This document shows positions 12,001 through 24,594 of a DNA stretch of 56,651 nucleotides, piece by piece; within the stretch, counting starts at the first letter, position 1, and each line of letters opens with the position of its first letter. The DNA is taken from positions 1-56,651 of the forward strand of contig KZ538644.1 of NCBI GenBank assembly GCA_000934665.2, given 5' to 3'. Under the pieces are notes generated by a model. The model did no database searches, was not told the origin of the DNA, and worked only from the letters and a program-made list of their open reading frames with translations. This stretch comes from Catajapyx aquilonaris (lineage: Eukaryota). The translations under genes and the position numbers were made by a program.

Positions 12001-13516
12001 CGACATCGCATATATAAAAGGGAAAGTTTGTCGGTATGTCCAATTCCCCATCCCCCTACCTCTTTATACCCGAGCAACGGGGGCTGCCATGGCAACAGTG
12101 TTGCCGTAGCTACGGGATGATTCTTCAATTCCCTTGCGAAGAACGGGTAGCATATACCGCTTGTTAGATAATATATTATATATATTAATTCGGCATTAGA
12201 TAATAATATTATATTAAATACTGTATTATAATTAGGCATTAGATGATATATCAGATATTATCAGATATCAGATATCATCAGCTAATATTTATAGCGGCTA
12301 AGAGTGGATTAATATCACCAGATAATATTTATAACCTCTAAAAGTGTAGTCGAATATTACCGGATGATATTTACAACTCCTAAACGTGGCTAACGCAAAT
12401 TAAGCGCAAATTTTCGAATCAACTTTTTAATTTGATCAAACTGATGCCATATGGCACAGTCTATAATAATTATTTTGTCAGAAGTGGGCTTCACATACTA
12501 ATACCTGGCTGCAAAATTACGCAAAAGCGTCAGCCTGAAGCGCAAACATGTCAAAACTCTCCCCAGCAATTTCCCATAAACAAAAACCTGTAACAAGCAA
12601 ATAATGAGTTACATAACATGCGTGAAAGCAGCGTGTTTGTTACACAGCGTGACGCAGTGCTCGAGTCACATGAGATTAAATTATTTTTTTATTTAAAACA
12701 TGTGAAAATATATCGCATAGATCTAATAATACTATATTAAAAAATTGTGTAATAAATCCAACAGAAATCAGCAACAGAATACACGTTATACATATTCAAA
12801 TAACAGTAGCTCATTGTTTACCGCTTGTCATGTAATCCGCCTGTGTGCACTTCAGCAATAATTAAAGTGCCAGTCATACCCATATAACCATTCCTCCTGG
12901 TAATACGTCCCATTAACCCAATTATGTACAAGTGTCGCGCAAAAATTCGATCACCTTTTCAGAAAGAATATTTCCTGTAATACGATCAGTGTAAAAGGCA
13001 CCTGCTAGGAAATCGATATATCGATCTTAAAAATAAAAAAAACTCCCGAGGTATTTTCTTAGCATCATTCATATTCCGGTGGTAACTCTTTCTTCTCGAG
13101 GTCAATATTCCTTCTGGTTGCCCTTTCCAGTGTTGCAATGCTACTGAAACATGAAACTGGAGCAACCCACCTGGAGCAAACTTAATCTGGATTAATTTGC
13201 TCCCAAGAGTTGTAATCATACAAGATGCAAAGTTGGACCAGAGTAATAACTCTTCCCTTCCTGTTTGAGCCATGCAAAGTTCCGGAATTCGGTTCTATTT
13301 TAGGACCAAGTTGGAAATAGGACCCAGCATATGCTAGGACGAAAGGGGCATTAAATTTTTACACGAATTTTAAAAATGAAAGGACGGTACTGAGTGGACT
13401 CAAAAATTTTTGAATTATGTCACCAAATTTCAGGATACAGTGCTGGACATTAATAGTGTCGTACTGGTGTCGGCAAAAGAGCGAATTAAGGTAATGATTC
13501 GCTCATTTTCCGACAA

Positions 13517-13890
13517 GGCGCCACCAGTACGACACCATCAGTTTTCCAAAAATTATCAACAAACTTTACTGGCTATTTTCCTCCCTGCAAATTTGTCATC
13601 CACTGTTTACAACATGTGAAATACAATTAATTCATAACGAAAATTTTCTGGCTGTTTTCCAGTCGGAATTATACATTGTTCGGCTGTAAAAGAGCATGAA
13701 AAGTTTGCTACCAGCTGTTTACAACACCGTGAAAAATTGATAACAAACTTTACCGCCTCTTTTCCAGCCTATTTTCGGCCTGAAAATATTGTTATCCGCT
13801 TTTTATGACATATTGTGAAGAAAAATTAATAACGCCACTTTTCTACCTCTTTTCCTGGCTCGTGGCTCCACCAGTCCGACACCATCAGAA
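13517..13890. repeat. Degenerate copy of the TTTTCC(G/A)GC..GGAAAA subrepeat family, bounded by CCACCAGT.CGACACCATCAG direct repeats
   Basis: Direct repeats at about 13521 and 13868; internal units resemble those of 15771-17062. Confidence 0.6.
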
Positions 13891-14908
13891 TTTTTAGGAA
13901 AAACAATTATTTCTACAGTTGTTACGCGAGTTGTCCTCGGTACAACATGGTACTGTAACTTTTTAAAAAAGCAAAGAGGGTCACGAACTATCCAGACTTC
14001 TATTGTCCTCTACTGCATAATGTATACATGTCAAAGCGCACGAAACAGTCGATATACATTGTCCAAAAGACTGGCACACTTTTCTTCTTTCGTATATCAC
14101 TATATGACATACCGAGGACACACATTCAGGATATGCATGTGTCACTAGAGCACATGAAAGTAATTATTATCCTAACAGAATGTGCAATAGTATTCCTAAT
14201 AATAATTAAGGGAACTGTTGAAGCAGAATTTTACTATTAATTAGTGCACCCTCCTAGTTAAAAAGGTGTTAACGAGGTGACTTAAAACTTGGCTATAAAT
14301 CCGTTGCTTCCAATGAGGAAAAAGTACATTAATTTCAATCAACAGTGTTTAGGGTCAAAACTGAAATGTTATGCCACACCATGTTGTATAGTAACGACTG
14401 ACAGCTGTTGGGTGTTAGTATGATGTAAACTGTAGGCAAATGTTTTGACTATCGCTGGAAGCAAAATCAAAACAAACCGACATCTGTGTTTGCTTCTAAA
14501 ACCGGTCGGTTGAACATCAAAAGCACGTCACCACCATGCTTTAAAAAAATCTGAAAAGATATTGGCTATTAATCAACAATTATTTTTCTAATAATTTGAG
14601 TTTTTATGACTCACCTTGTACATATAATCCTTTGAACTCCTGTTTCATGGAATCAGAGCATGAAGATGTCACATTCACCACACCAACCCTCTGACCTTTT
14701 CAGCTCAAACAATATATCCCAGGTTTGCTGCAGCCCACATTACACACGCCATGAGCCAACAGAAACAATGTTCCTACAATTTCATTTGATCCTTCAAGCG
14801 AAACAGTCATCGATAGCAATGGTTCCAGTATCGGTGTGTATACACATACTGTTCTGTCGGAGATGATGACTCACCCCGGACAAACGCAGACTCTAACCAA
14901 CAAACTTC

Positions 14909-15079
14909 CAAGATTGGCAAATCAGCGTGATTCGAGTCGACTTTTTCTCATTGGGCATCGAGTCACGAGGTTGAAAATCCCGATACGATACGACACATGT
15001 CGTATCGGGATTTTCAGCCTCATGTCCCGATGCCCACTGAGAAAAAGTCGACTCGAATCACGCTGATTTGCCATTCTTG
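14909..15079. mobile_element. Near-perfect palindrome of about 170 bp (hairpin MITE)
   Basis: TGGCAAATCAGCGTGATTCGAGTCGACTTTTTCTCA... pairs with ...TGAGAAAAAGTCGACTCGAATCACGCTGATTTGCCA with almost no spacer. Confidence 0.85.
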
Positions 15080-15770
15080 TTTATGATTCTGACACAACAA
15101 CAATGGCATAGTCAATTGAATGTTGTCTGTCTCATTTTTCGTTTTCAAGGAAGCCAAGGAAGCCTGAAAACTACTTGGCCTTGGAAAACCGGAAGAGGCC
15201 GGTCACCGGAAGTTGACCATGGAACCAATTTAGGGTCCACTGAATCAGAATCCGAAAACAGTATGTCTCTATCTCATGGGGTATATGCCCTGATACATGT
15301 CCACAGACAGACAGACTTTTTTCCGGCGAGAAAATGCTCTAAAAACACTTCAGAAACACCCTGTACTGTACCCTGGCACGGAAAGACAATACCTGTCGAA
15401 ACGGTTCAGCATATCAGATAACCATCCAATCATCAAAGGGGGGGCTTCGAGTCTCACGTAATCTCCACGTAATCTTATTGAAATCGAGTTAATCGGACCG
15501 TTTAAAACAGTTTCGCAGTCACGACACACGCTATACGGGGATCGATACAGTGGAAAAATATGAAAGCAGAATTTCAGTGAGGGTGTTTCCAAGCATGGCT
15601 GGTGGAACAGAGATAACCTTTGACACGGAGGATAGATGGAGCCGTGTGATGTCACGTCCAGTTAAGTCCTGGAACGTCACATCGCATGCCGGCCAAGTAT
15701 TAGCGGCCATTATTTAGCTACAAACAAGTATAGCCTAGCTCCTAGTTCAAACAACAGAAATTGACGATAG

Positions 15771-17062
15771 GTCTGGTTGCACCGTCTCCGGAAAAGACTT
15801 TCCGGCTGGAAACGAGCCTGAAAAGAGGGCCTACAACATGATGAAAAATAAATAATAATAAAAAATCAAATAGGCTGTTCTGGCTCTTTTTCAGCCGAAA
15901 GGTGCTTTCCGGCTGGAAAAGAGCCGGAAAAGTTAGTTACAACTAATACACTGTTTGCAACATGGCGAAGAAAAATTACTTTTCTGGCTCGTTTCCGGAC
16001 GGATAAGTTAGTTACAACTTACACTGTTTGCAACATGGTGAATAAAGATGACTTTTCTGGCTACTTTCCGGCCGGAAAATAGCCAGAAAAGTCTATAACG
16101 ATTTACACTGTTGACATCATGGCGAAGAAAAATTAGTAACACTTTACTGCCTCTTTTCCAGCCGGAAAACATTTTTCGGCCGGAAAAAGAGCCGGAAAAG
16201 TTTGTCATCCGCTGTTAAGTACAACCACGATTTAAAATATTAAGAAATTAAACTAGCTTTTCTGGCTCATTTCCAGCCGAAAAATGTTTTTCAGCTGGAA
16301 AATCCTCACTATTTACACTGTTGACAACATGGTGATGAAAAATTAATAACACTTTCTTGGCTCTTTTCCGGCCGGAAAATATTTTTCGGCTGGAAAAAGA
16401 GCCGGAAAAGTTTGTTATCCGCTGTTAAGTACATACCACGATGAAATTTTTAACAAATTGAATGAGCTTTTCTGGCTCCTTTCCGGCCGGAAAAGAGCCG
16501 GAAAAGTTTATAACTATTTACACTGGTGACAACATGGTGAATACAAATTAATAACACTTTCCTGGCTCTTTTCAAGCAGAAAAACGTTCTCCAGCTGGAA
16601 AACAGCCAAAAAAAATCCTTCACAATGTTTGTAAACAGTGCCAACAAAATAATCGTCTGGCTCTTTTCCAGCCAGAAAACATTTTCTGCTTAAAAAGAAC
16701 CTGAAAACCTTGTTATCCACTGTTTATAACATTCTGGAGTTGGAAATGTCACTAATAAAATAATAAGAAAAAATAAAACAATAAAGATAATAATAAACGT
16801 TACTATTTAAGGTTAGGTTGCACCACCTCCAGAAAACATTTTCCGGCTGTAAAAGAACCAGAATAGTTTGTTAGTAACAATCAACTATTCTGGTTCTTTT
16901 TGAAGTTTCAGACGCACTCCATATATCCAGAATATTATAAATACTTAGTACATTGTGAAATAAAATGAGTCAATTTTTTTTCACAATGTTGTAAACAGTG
17001 GGTAAGTTATTTTCTGGCCCTTTTCCAGCTGGATAATGTTTTCTGTAGGCGGTGCAACTTGA
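15771..17062. mobile_element. Non-autonomous TIR element filled with palindromic subrepeats (TTTTCCGGC[CT]GGAAAA); possibly Harbinger-like
   Basis: Left end GGTTGCACCGTCTCCGGAAAA matches the reverse complement of the right end (TTTTCTGTAGGCGGTGCAAC). A second left-end copy lies near 16815. Many internal units of about 60 bp. Confidence 0.7.
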
Positions 17063-17454
17063 CAAAGACAAATCTACTTTTAAAAAGTTCTGCGTTTAGT
17101 CCAAAGGGGTCATGGGACATTAACCATGAAAAGGGTTGCTCACACGCACGACAATAACCTGACCGTTACCTCAATTTTAATGTGCTCTTGTCACACGCCA
17201 TGCAATTAGCCATTAGCGTCAAACCAACCTGCACGTCAATGCACCGTAAAATATGGATGCCCTTATTTATACCCATGGACTCCAAAAATACTCATCACGC
17301 AATCGCAGTCCTATTGCGTAGTTAGTCTTACATGTCTTTTCTAATCCGTACAGTGTCCACCATGGAGGATTGACCCAGCTGGTGACCCCTGTTGTTTCCC
17401 CGGAACATGTGTGACCATGCCCTCGAGTAGTCCCAGGAGCCCAGGAGCGCCAGC

Positions 17455-18896
17455 ATGCAGGCGCCTCCAAGGTCTCCCATGAAGAAGAGGGGCAGCGAGA
17501 AGAAGACGTTGACCTGGGAGGACGAGAAGATGAAGCCGGACAAGGAGGAAGATGCAGGAGACCAGAATAAGGAGGAAGACATGAAGGTGCAGCCCAGTGG
17601 AAGCCAGCACCGTCCGCACCCGGAGCCGCCAAAGCTGGTGCTGGTGACCCCTGATGACCAGCTGAAGGAGAGGGTCGCGGCCTTCAAGAGTGACCCACAG
17701 CTGATGGAAGTGGCCACCAGATTTGTGAATGAGGTCATTGAGAGGGCCAAGGAAGAAGCGTCCAAGAGGATGAAGGACAAGAAGGTCAGTCCAGAACAAT
17801 GTTTTTTTTTTTTTTTAAAGGTGACTCGGTGCAAGGTCCGGACCATGGTCTAGTGCTGAAATATGTAGCTAAAATCATTACAAATTAAAAAATTAGTTTA
17901 GAAGCATTTATACAGTACATAAGGATCTCAAGAATTAATGAGATAATCATCTCTATCATTATAAAAGGCTGTCTGTTTGCTTGTTTGTCAAGGTTTGTCC
18001 GTCTGTTTGTCCAGGTTTAGATTTGGGCCTGCATAATATTATTTGGCTGCTGCTAGTCAGTTTATAGTTTATTTCTGATGTTTGCTGCGTGCCAGATTGC
18101 AACCTCTACGATAGAAGTGAAGGTATCACACAATGTGTGGACTCTCCCAAATGCCTCTCTCATCAATACACTGGGCCGTTGATTGGCACGTCCCCAACGT
18201 GTCGTTTGAAAGTCAGCAAAAGTCTTGCCCCGGGGAAATTTGATGAGCTTTTTCGCTCTGATGAATAATGCATCAGACGGTGTCACTGCACTGATTCGTT
18301 ATTTATTCCCCCCATTTTCTCAAGTACCTGCGAGACTCCGTTTAATGACAGTATTGATCCCTCAGGCAGATTTTAATGCATTATGCAGACTGCTCGTTCC
18401 CTCCTGCTTATTCCGAGATGTCAATAGTTTCAATTTTATGGCTTTAGATTGTAAGCGCCGCACTGCTTGGCTTGTCGTAAGGTTAAAAGAGCGCCATATA
18501 TTTTCTGGAGCCGTTTTAAGTGCTGATCAACAAAGGAAGTGGCTGGCAATAAACTGGACCATGTGCGATAACAGCATTATGTACCACCCGTCATTACTCG
18601 CTGCAGATGTAAAAATACTGAATATTATCGTACTAATTTGCATACTCATTTTATAACTCCATGCAATACTCACCATATTTCTTATCCATTTCAGATGGAC
18701 CCAATGAGTATAGGCATGAAGGGTAAGTTTCAACTCTGCAATAGGTTAGCCGCAATAATTTCTCTCACACTTTTTTTTGTTGATTTCAGGACCGTACTCC
18801 AAGCGACCTCCATGGTACCGCAGGGCACAGGGTATGGTTGCTCGTGTCCTAACCTGCATCTGCCTCTGCACAGCACAGCAGGGAAAGTCGTCCTAA
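17455..18896 (+). CDS. Uncharacterised 154-aa protein with an AKAP-like amphipathic helix and a C-terminal Cys cluster; exons 17455-17784, 18695-18722, 18790-18896
   Basis: GC-rich coding-like exon with acceptor at 17353 and donor AAG|GTCAGT. Two downstream GT-AG exons join in frame and end ...RRAQGMVARVLTCICLCTAQQGKSS*. Confidence 0.75.
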
Positions 18897-20478
18897 ACAA
18901 GACAGTCTTTTAATTATTATTTTTTTAGATCCCTTAATTAGTGCAATTTTTTTTTTCCTCCTCTGTGCTAAAAAGTGTGAGCCTCAACTGTTTAAAACTA
19001 TCAGTGTTTTTCATCATGAGAAATGCCAAAAAGTTAGTGTTTCAAGGACAAGCTTAATCTGTTTTGTACATGTATAAATAATGTGAGAGTGAGTTCAAAA
19101 CGTGTGTATGTGCGTGCTTGTATAACAAACAAGTTTCAATACTTGGGTCCTTTTTTGCAAATAAGTGAAACAAAATTATGGATACATGTCGTAAAATACA
19201 GCTTTGAAATCACCCTGCAAATTATGGTGCGATCGCCGAGTATGTCACATGTAATGGAAAAATTTAATCTCCTGAAAATGACAAATGAGAAATATTGATT
19301 AATACCGGTATGCGGCTATGGTATCATAATATCCACCAGTCGATTTCATACTAGTTAACAGAAAACATAGCCCAAAAAAAATATTTGCAAAAACCGACCC
19401 TGCTGTTTTCAACATAAGTCGACTGCGACCAAAAGAGATGACCAATATTCATGCTGGGTGTGCTGCCAATTTACATATTTTAATTAGTGCGTAACTGACT
19501 GAAAGGAAACAACAGAGGATCATATCAGTTGCAAGAACAAAATGCCAATAATACTGTAGTAATCGCACTTAAAAAGTGCTCAAGCGCAGTCTAACTAAAA
19601 AAGAGCTATTTTTCAAATTAATTGCAGCCAATTATAGAGGAGGTACACAACTATTTTAAAAAAACATATCACTTGAAACATTGGGTTCTCAGAGGAGTCG
19701 AGCCTCGTTAATTAGGTGCATCGTAATTAGTAATTACTTGATGCAAGCACCGAGGTTTACTACTTAGGACGTGACACTCTTAGGCGCTCGTAATTAGAAT
19801 AAATTATTTTGAAGTAAGCAGCAGGACAGACCAAATCTCGTGCAGTGTTTTGATACTTTCCTACTGATCTCTCATAATATTTCATTCCTTTACCAGCAGC
19901 GTAAAAAAAAATGTAACCCATAATTTCATAACTGCGTAACTTTACAGGGTCATGAAATAAGAGTCATTACAAGGTTCCATTTTAATTAGGAGAAAATGGT
20001 TCGACCAATGGACAGGTTTATGACAACTTGTAAAAATCGCATGTCACATTTTTGCCGACTGACGAACACAGCCTTGTAATGTCTTAACCTTATCTGACCT
20101 ACTTCCACACTGGAAATTGCTGCACAAATTGGTCATAACAGACGTCCCAACATTATTCATGCACTTTACAATGGAATTTAGTGGTTTAAAAAAAAAAATT
20201 GTATAATTGTTATCCGCTTGTTTGTTGTGATAACTTGAGCTGTAAATGAAAGTAGACTATACGTGTCATGAATGACTACAGTGAATGTACTCTACAGGCT
20301 GTGTCTATCGCTGTATAATACACAGAACAACAAATTATTTGAATACATGTCGTGGGGAAAAAATAAACATCAAACGACAATTCGAATGATTTTAATGGGA
20401 CTTACACACTGTGATAAAATATCTATACAGTAAAAGGTTGTGAAAATATAAACAGATGGTGCATGCTCACAAAATTAC

Positions 20479-23400
20479 TTATACATCGTCAGATGATTTC
20501 AGGAGTTGGAAAAACTTGTCCGTTCTTCTCCACGTCTCCTCGAGCTTTTCGTTGGCCTTCCTGACCAGCAACTTCACATACTGAAAGATTTTGACATTAT
20601 ATCGTCGTGTTCATCGACTTCCTAAGAAGGTACGTGTGGCGAGAATTTCAGTCTATTTGTGAATACATGAGCAGTCGTAATTGTACTGAGTTACAGTTGC
20701 AATGGCTCTTGCGATCCTATTCCATAAATGGGAAATTTCGTGGTCTTTTCACCAGGGTTGTGAACCGAACCGTTGCTTCGTGAACCCGATAACATGGGAT
20801 TGGTTCAGGATACTTCATGTCTCTCATTGAAGTTTACAATGACAGGTAGTGTAAACGTAAACAAACTTTTACCAAACCAGCATTACGGATGGGTCAGGCC
20901 AGGTTCACATGCCATTTCTTGATGTACCTCCACAATGAAAAGCCCAGCGGGACAAGGGTAAGTGAATTAGGATCGCAACAGCCATCACCAAAAGTGAGTG
21001 GTTTGGCCCAAGACCAAATAACCATCTTGATATCTGCCTAGTGACAAATGGAGCTCATATCGAAACATACTAAAGACTTTATTAGGCCATTTCCTAGCAT
21101 TTTAAAACATAAAAATCATTTAGGGCTGGTTCACCAGAGTGAGCTATTTTATAAAAACTACAGATCTTTCAGAAAAAACCATACATATTTGCATGGGTTT
21201 TCAAAAAGAACCCTGGTTTAATCATATACCGAGCTTGGTGAAACCGGCCCTTAAGACATGTTTACAAGCGTTGTAGGGTTTATAATACGAAGCCTGGAAC
21301 ATGCGCAAGACATTAGCTGCAATTGGAAAATCTATCGTTTATCAGCACCTAGCGACGCGGCGGAGTTGGGCAGGCGAGGCTGGCTCCAAACACGTTGACT
21401 ACGCGTCGCAAACATTCAGTTGCCGGGAGAGCACAACAAAGCGCGTCTTCTTACCCCTGCCACGCGAACCGATCAGACGAATGATGAGACCACGGTGTGA
21501 AGGAGGTGGCAAATTTGAATGCCACGAAGGTTGCTGCAGTCCGTTAACCCAAAGAACGACATGATGTCACACCAGTCCTGTTTCCTGAGTTTGCTAGTAG
21601 TAGCCTATGCCTGCAGAGTGAGCCATGGACATGATTGGAGGGGAGAGCCTGGTGTGATGTCATGGCGTTCATTGGTTTAACGGACCATGTGAAGGTACCC
21701 TTCGCCCTTGGCTAAGCCACAATAATGTTCGTTGGCCTGCGGTGCACAATGAGGACCGCATTGTTGGCGAATACAAACCCACAATAAGCGCCCAGCTCTG
21801 CAAAGACTAAAAATATCATGCCCAGGCGATGTACCGTGCCTGGCAGGGCCACAACAATGAACAGTACTGTTGCGGTACATGACCAAGACAAATGGCTATT
21901 CTATCCCGAGTTCCATCCTCAAAATCTGTCTCGAATAGAATCCCAGAAGACCCGAAAAGAAGAATAAAGCACAGTTACATGTAACAATGGTTTTTTTGTT
22001 TTTTTCAAAAAGAATACAGCTTCGACCAAACAGACCCAAATCCCAGGTTCTTGTCCTTTTCATCTCCCTCCGCCACAGTTACTCGGCCAAGTGAAGGAAA
22101 CCGTATTCCCTGCTAGTTACACCTCCAATACACGTTTCCATCTGCAGCAGAAATTTACGAAGACATGAAAGTGAAAGAAATGATGAAAATGACCTTGACA
22201 CTTACCAGGCTCGTAATATACGTAGGCCCCTCTCCGTATCGTTCGCAATTACAAGTCTTGTGTACATGACGCACCTTCATACACCACCCCACTATGGTCT
22301 TCATGCCATTGAGGAAAAAATTTCCAGGTGTACATGTCAGTAGTTGGTCATGAACACACTCCGTCATGACCTGGCGACCTAATCGAACAGTCTCCGATAA
22401 GTCGCAGCAACGCACCAACACAGGCTATACTGTGGTTTGCCAAGACCTATCAACCACGATAGCAACCGTGAAGGCATTCGAATTTGGCAGCAGTATCAAG
22501 GCATCCGATTGTTTGCGACGCCAACCGTCAAAAGGCCTGCCCAACTCCGACCGCGTTGTTAAGGTGCGGATAAACTATAGTATATCCCTGCAATTTACCT
22601 TTGGCATTACTAGCACCTCGCCATCCTGAGTCAAAGGCGATTCCAAGGCATGGGTACTTCTGACTGCCAAAATGACCTTCTCCTTCTTTCCAAGGGTCAG
22701 TCCTGAGTTTCTGAATCCAGCTTCCAGAGCCAACGTGTGCTACAAAAACGCACAATTAGCAATCATGGGGAATCAAAATAATGCAACTTAATCCCGCCAT
22801 TTGTTTTAATTTAATTTTTAAATAAGGCGTACAACCACCATTCCTGACCCGAAGTCCCAAAAAAACATTGGGTGGAATTTTCATCCCACTGCTAACTTCG
22901 TACATTTGCTAACGCTGCTATTGCAGCGGTACAAAAATTCCAACCATTGTTGCTGAAACTGCAGCATTTTTTCTGCATTTTTTTTTTCTATCATTATTTC
23001 AAAATTTTGTTCCATTATCAGCATCGTTTGCCTTTTCGATTATGATTATTTTTCAATATTTTTTTTTCAGTTAGCCTTATACCATTGCTTTCGCCTCGTG
23101 AAGTGACCTGCACTGCACGTGAAGTATGAACGGCTCGAACTTCAGCACCAAGTCGTCCTCCTTGTCTCGCTCCAGGCACGTCATGATCTCATCCTCGTCG
23201 ACCAGGTCGTGCGAGGCCAGGTGCCAGTGTACGCCCTTCTTACTGCAAGCCCCTCCTTCGCTCTGCATACACCACAATATTAATTAATCAACTACGTAAT
23301 TGTAAAAAAATTGCTGCAAAATTGTTGTGTTGGCAACACTGTATTGACATGCAGCAATTACGTTGGCAACATTGTTTTGACATGACCATTGTTGTGTTGG

Positions 23401-23811
23401 CAACACTGTTTTGACATGAACATTTGTTGTGTTGGCAACACTGTTTTGACATGAACATTTGTTGTGTTGGCAACGCTGTTTTGACATGACCATTGTTGTG
23501 TTGGCAACACTGTTTTGACATGCTGTATTGTTGCGTTGGGAACACTCTTTTCGCAACTAGGCCAGGTTCCGAACCTGGCCCGCTTTTCCTTACGTTAGCC
23601 CAGTGTGAGTGCCGTGTGAGCCCCGTGTGAATGATGTTACCTCCGAAAACATGACTATCCTTCCGGAACATGAGCTTGTGGTGAAGAAACCGGGCCTGCC
23701 GTTTATCCAGTCGACCAAGGCTTGAACCCGCTCGTCCACTGAACCTTTCCGGCTCAGATCGGGCACGGCCGCGTTCAGACGGGCCGACTTTTGCTTCTCA
23801 AAGTCGTCCAT
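20479..23811 (-). CDS. TYW3: tRNA wybutosine-synthesizing protein 3 (197 aa); exons 23811-23641, 23262-23083, 22739-22599, 20580-20479
   Basis: Family motifs DLSRKGSVD, FFTTSSCSGRI, LKFEPFILHVQC, AGFRNSG, LAVRST..LE.PL and Y...LV..AN.KL. All introns phase 0, GT-AG. Confidence 0.96.
21123..21250. mobile_element. PIF/Harbinger-type MITE in TYW3 intron 3
   Basis: Ends GGGCTGGTTCACCA and TGGTGAAACCGGCCC, flanked by TTA on both sides. Confidence 0.75.
22020..22525 (-). mobile_element. Possible decayed Merlin/ISXO2-like (IS1595 family) transposase in TYW3 intron 3
   Basis: Broken frames in the expected order: AKF...YRG, PG....NG.K, H.HKT.N, TYITSL, then HLAE*LWRRE (compare family YLAEF.WRR). Confidence 0.35.
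23322..23548. repeat. Minisatellite of 7 x 34-35 bp (TTGTTGTGTTGGCAACACTGTTTTGACATGA.CA) in TYW3 intron 1
   Basis: TTGG[CG]AAC cores at about 23330, 23363, 23397, 23432, 23467, 23501 and 23536. Confidence 0.92.
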
Positions 23812-24360
23812 TGAAAAAGAAAAGAAGGAAACTGCGTCTGCGACTCACAGTCAAAAGATGCCGATTGGCAACACTGCATAAAACGATACCTACATAGTTG
23901 AATCGATACATCAAAAATCGCACTAAATCCTGATGAGCTCCAGTAATTAAATTTTAATTTTAACTCAATTGGGCGCAATTTGGACGAAATGTAAGCAAAT
24001 GTATCTAATTATTGTGCTTTACAAGTTTAAATACTGCTTATAAATTAATTACAAAATCAGTCACAAATAGTGAAGCGATACCATACGCACTACATGGCGC
24101 CGGTTTAATTTTAAACCCAATTCGGCATGAAATATAATCGCTAATTAATCATCCCTCTAATTAAATTACATCTAAAAAACTGCAACTTAACTTCGAACTT
24201 AAGCAGTTGGACCCAAGTATTAGTTACAAACTAGCCGCTTTTTACCCCCCCCCCCATATAGTCATCGTACGTAGCAGCTACGCTTCTCCGTCCGGCACAG
24301 TTGCCAGCTGTTGTTTCCCCTGACCGTTAGCTGCTTTGATCTGGCAACCCTGCCACATAT
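23812..24360. promoter_or_regulatory. Putative bidirectional promoter region of TYW3 and endosulfine
   Basis: Head-to-head genes. TGGCAAC(A/C)CTG motifs near 23866 and 24342; ATCGATA (DRE-like) near 23903. Confidence 0.55.
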
Positions 24361-24594
24361 TCCCTCAGTGTTCTTTTTTTCCCCCTTCGTTTTCCATCCG
24401 GATTGTTGTCTCGTCCTTTTGGGCATTGTTGAGGGTGCCACTGGGCCCCCCACTATTGTTGCGGAATCTTGGACTTTGAGGACTTGAAAGGGGTTCCATC
24501 TGAGGTAAAAAAAAATATGGGTTCGGTTGTCTTGGGCCTAGGCATGTCACTAGTGTCGCCAAAAAAAGAATGACATTTTGTTTCCACAGGAAGG

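Noticed and set aside
15771..17062. Regularly spaced palindromes as a CRISPR-like or REP-like array
   Set aside because: The intervening sequences are homologous to each other rather than unique spacers; inverted ends indicate a TIR element.
17267..17846. Three minus-strand ORFs of 121-172 aa
   Set aside because: Antisense shadows of the GC-rich plus-strand exon.
23322..23548. 34-35-bp repeats resembling a CRISPR array
   Set aside because: Units are head-to-tail with no unique spacers, lie in a eukaryotic intron, and have no cas genes nearby.
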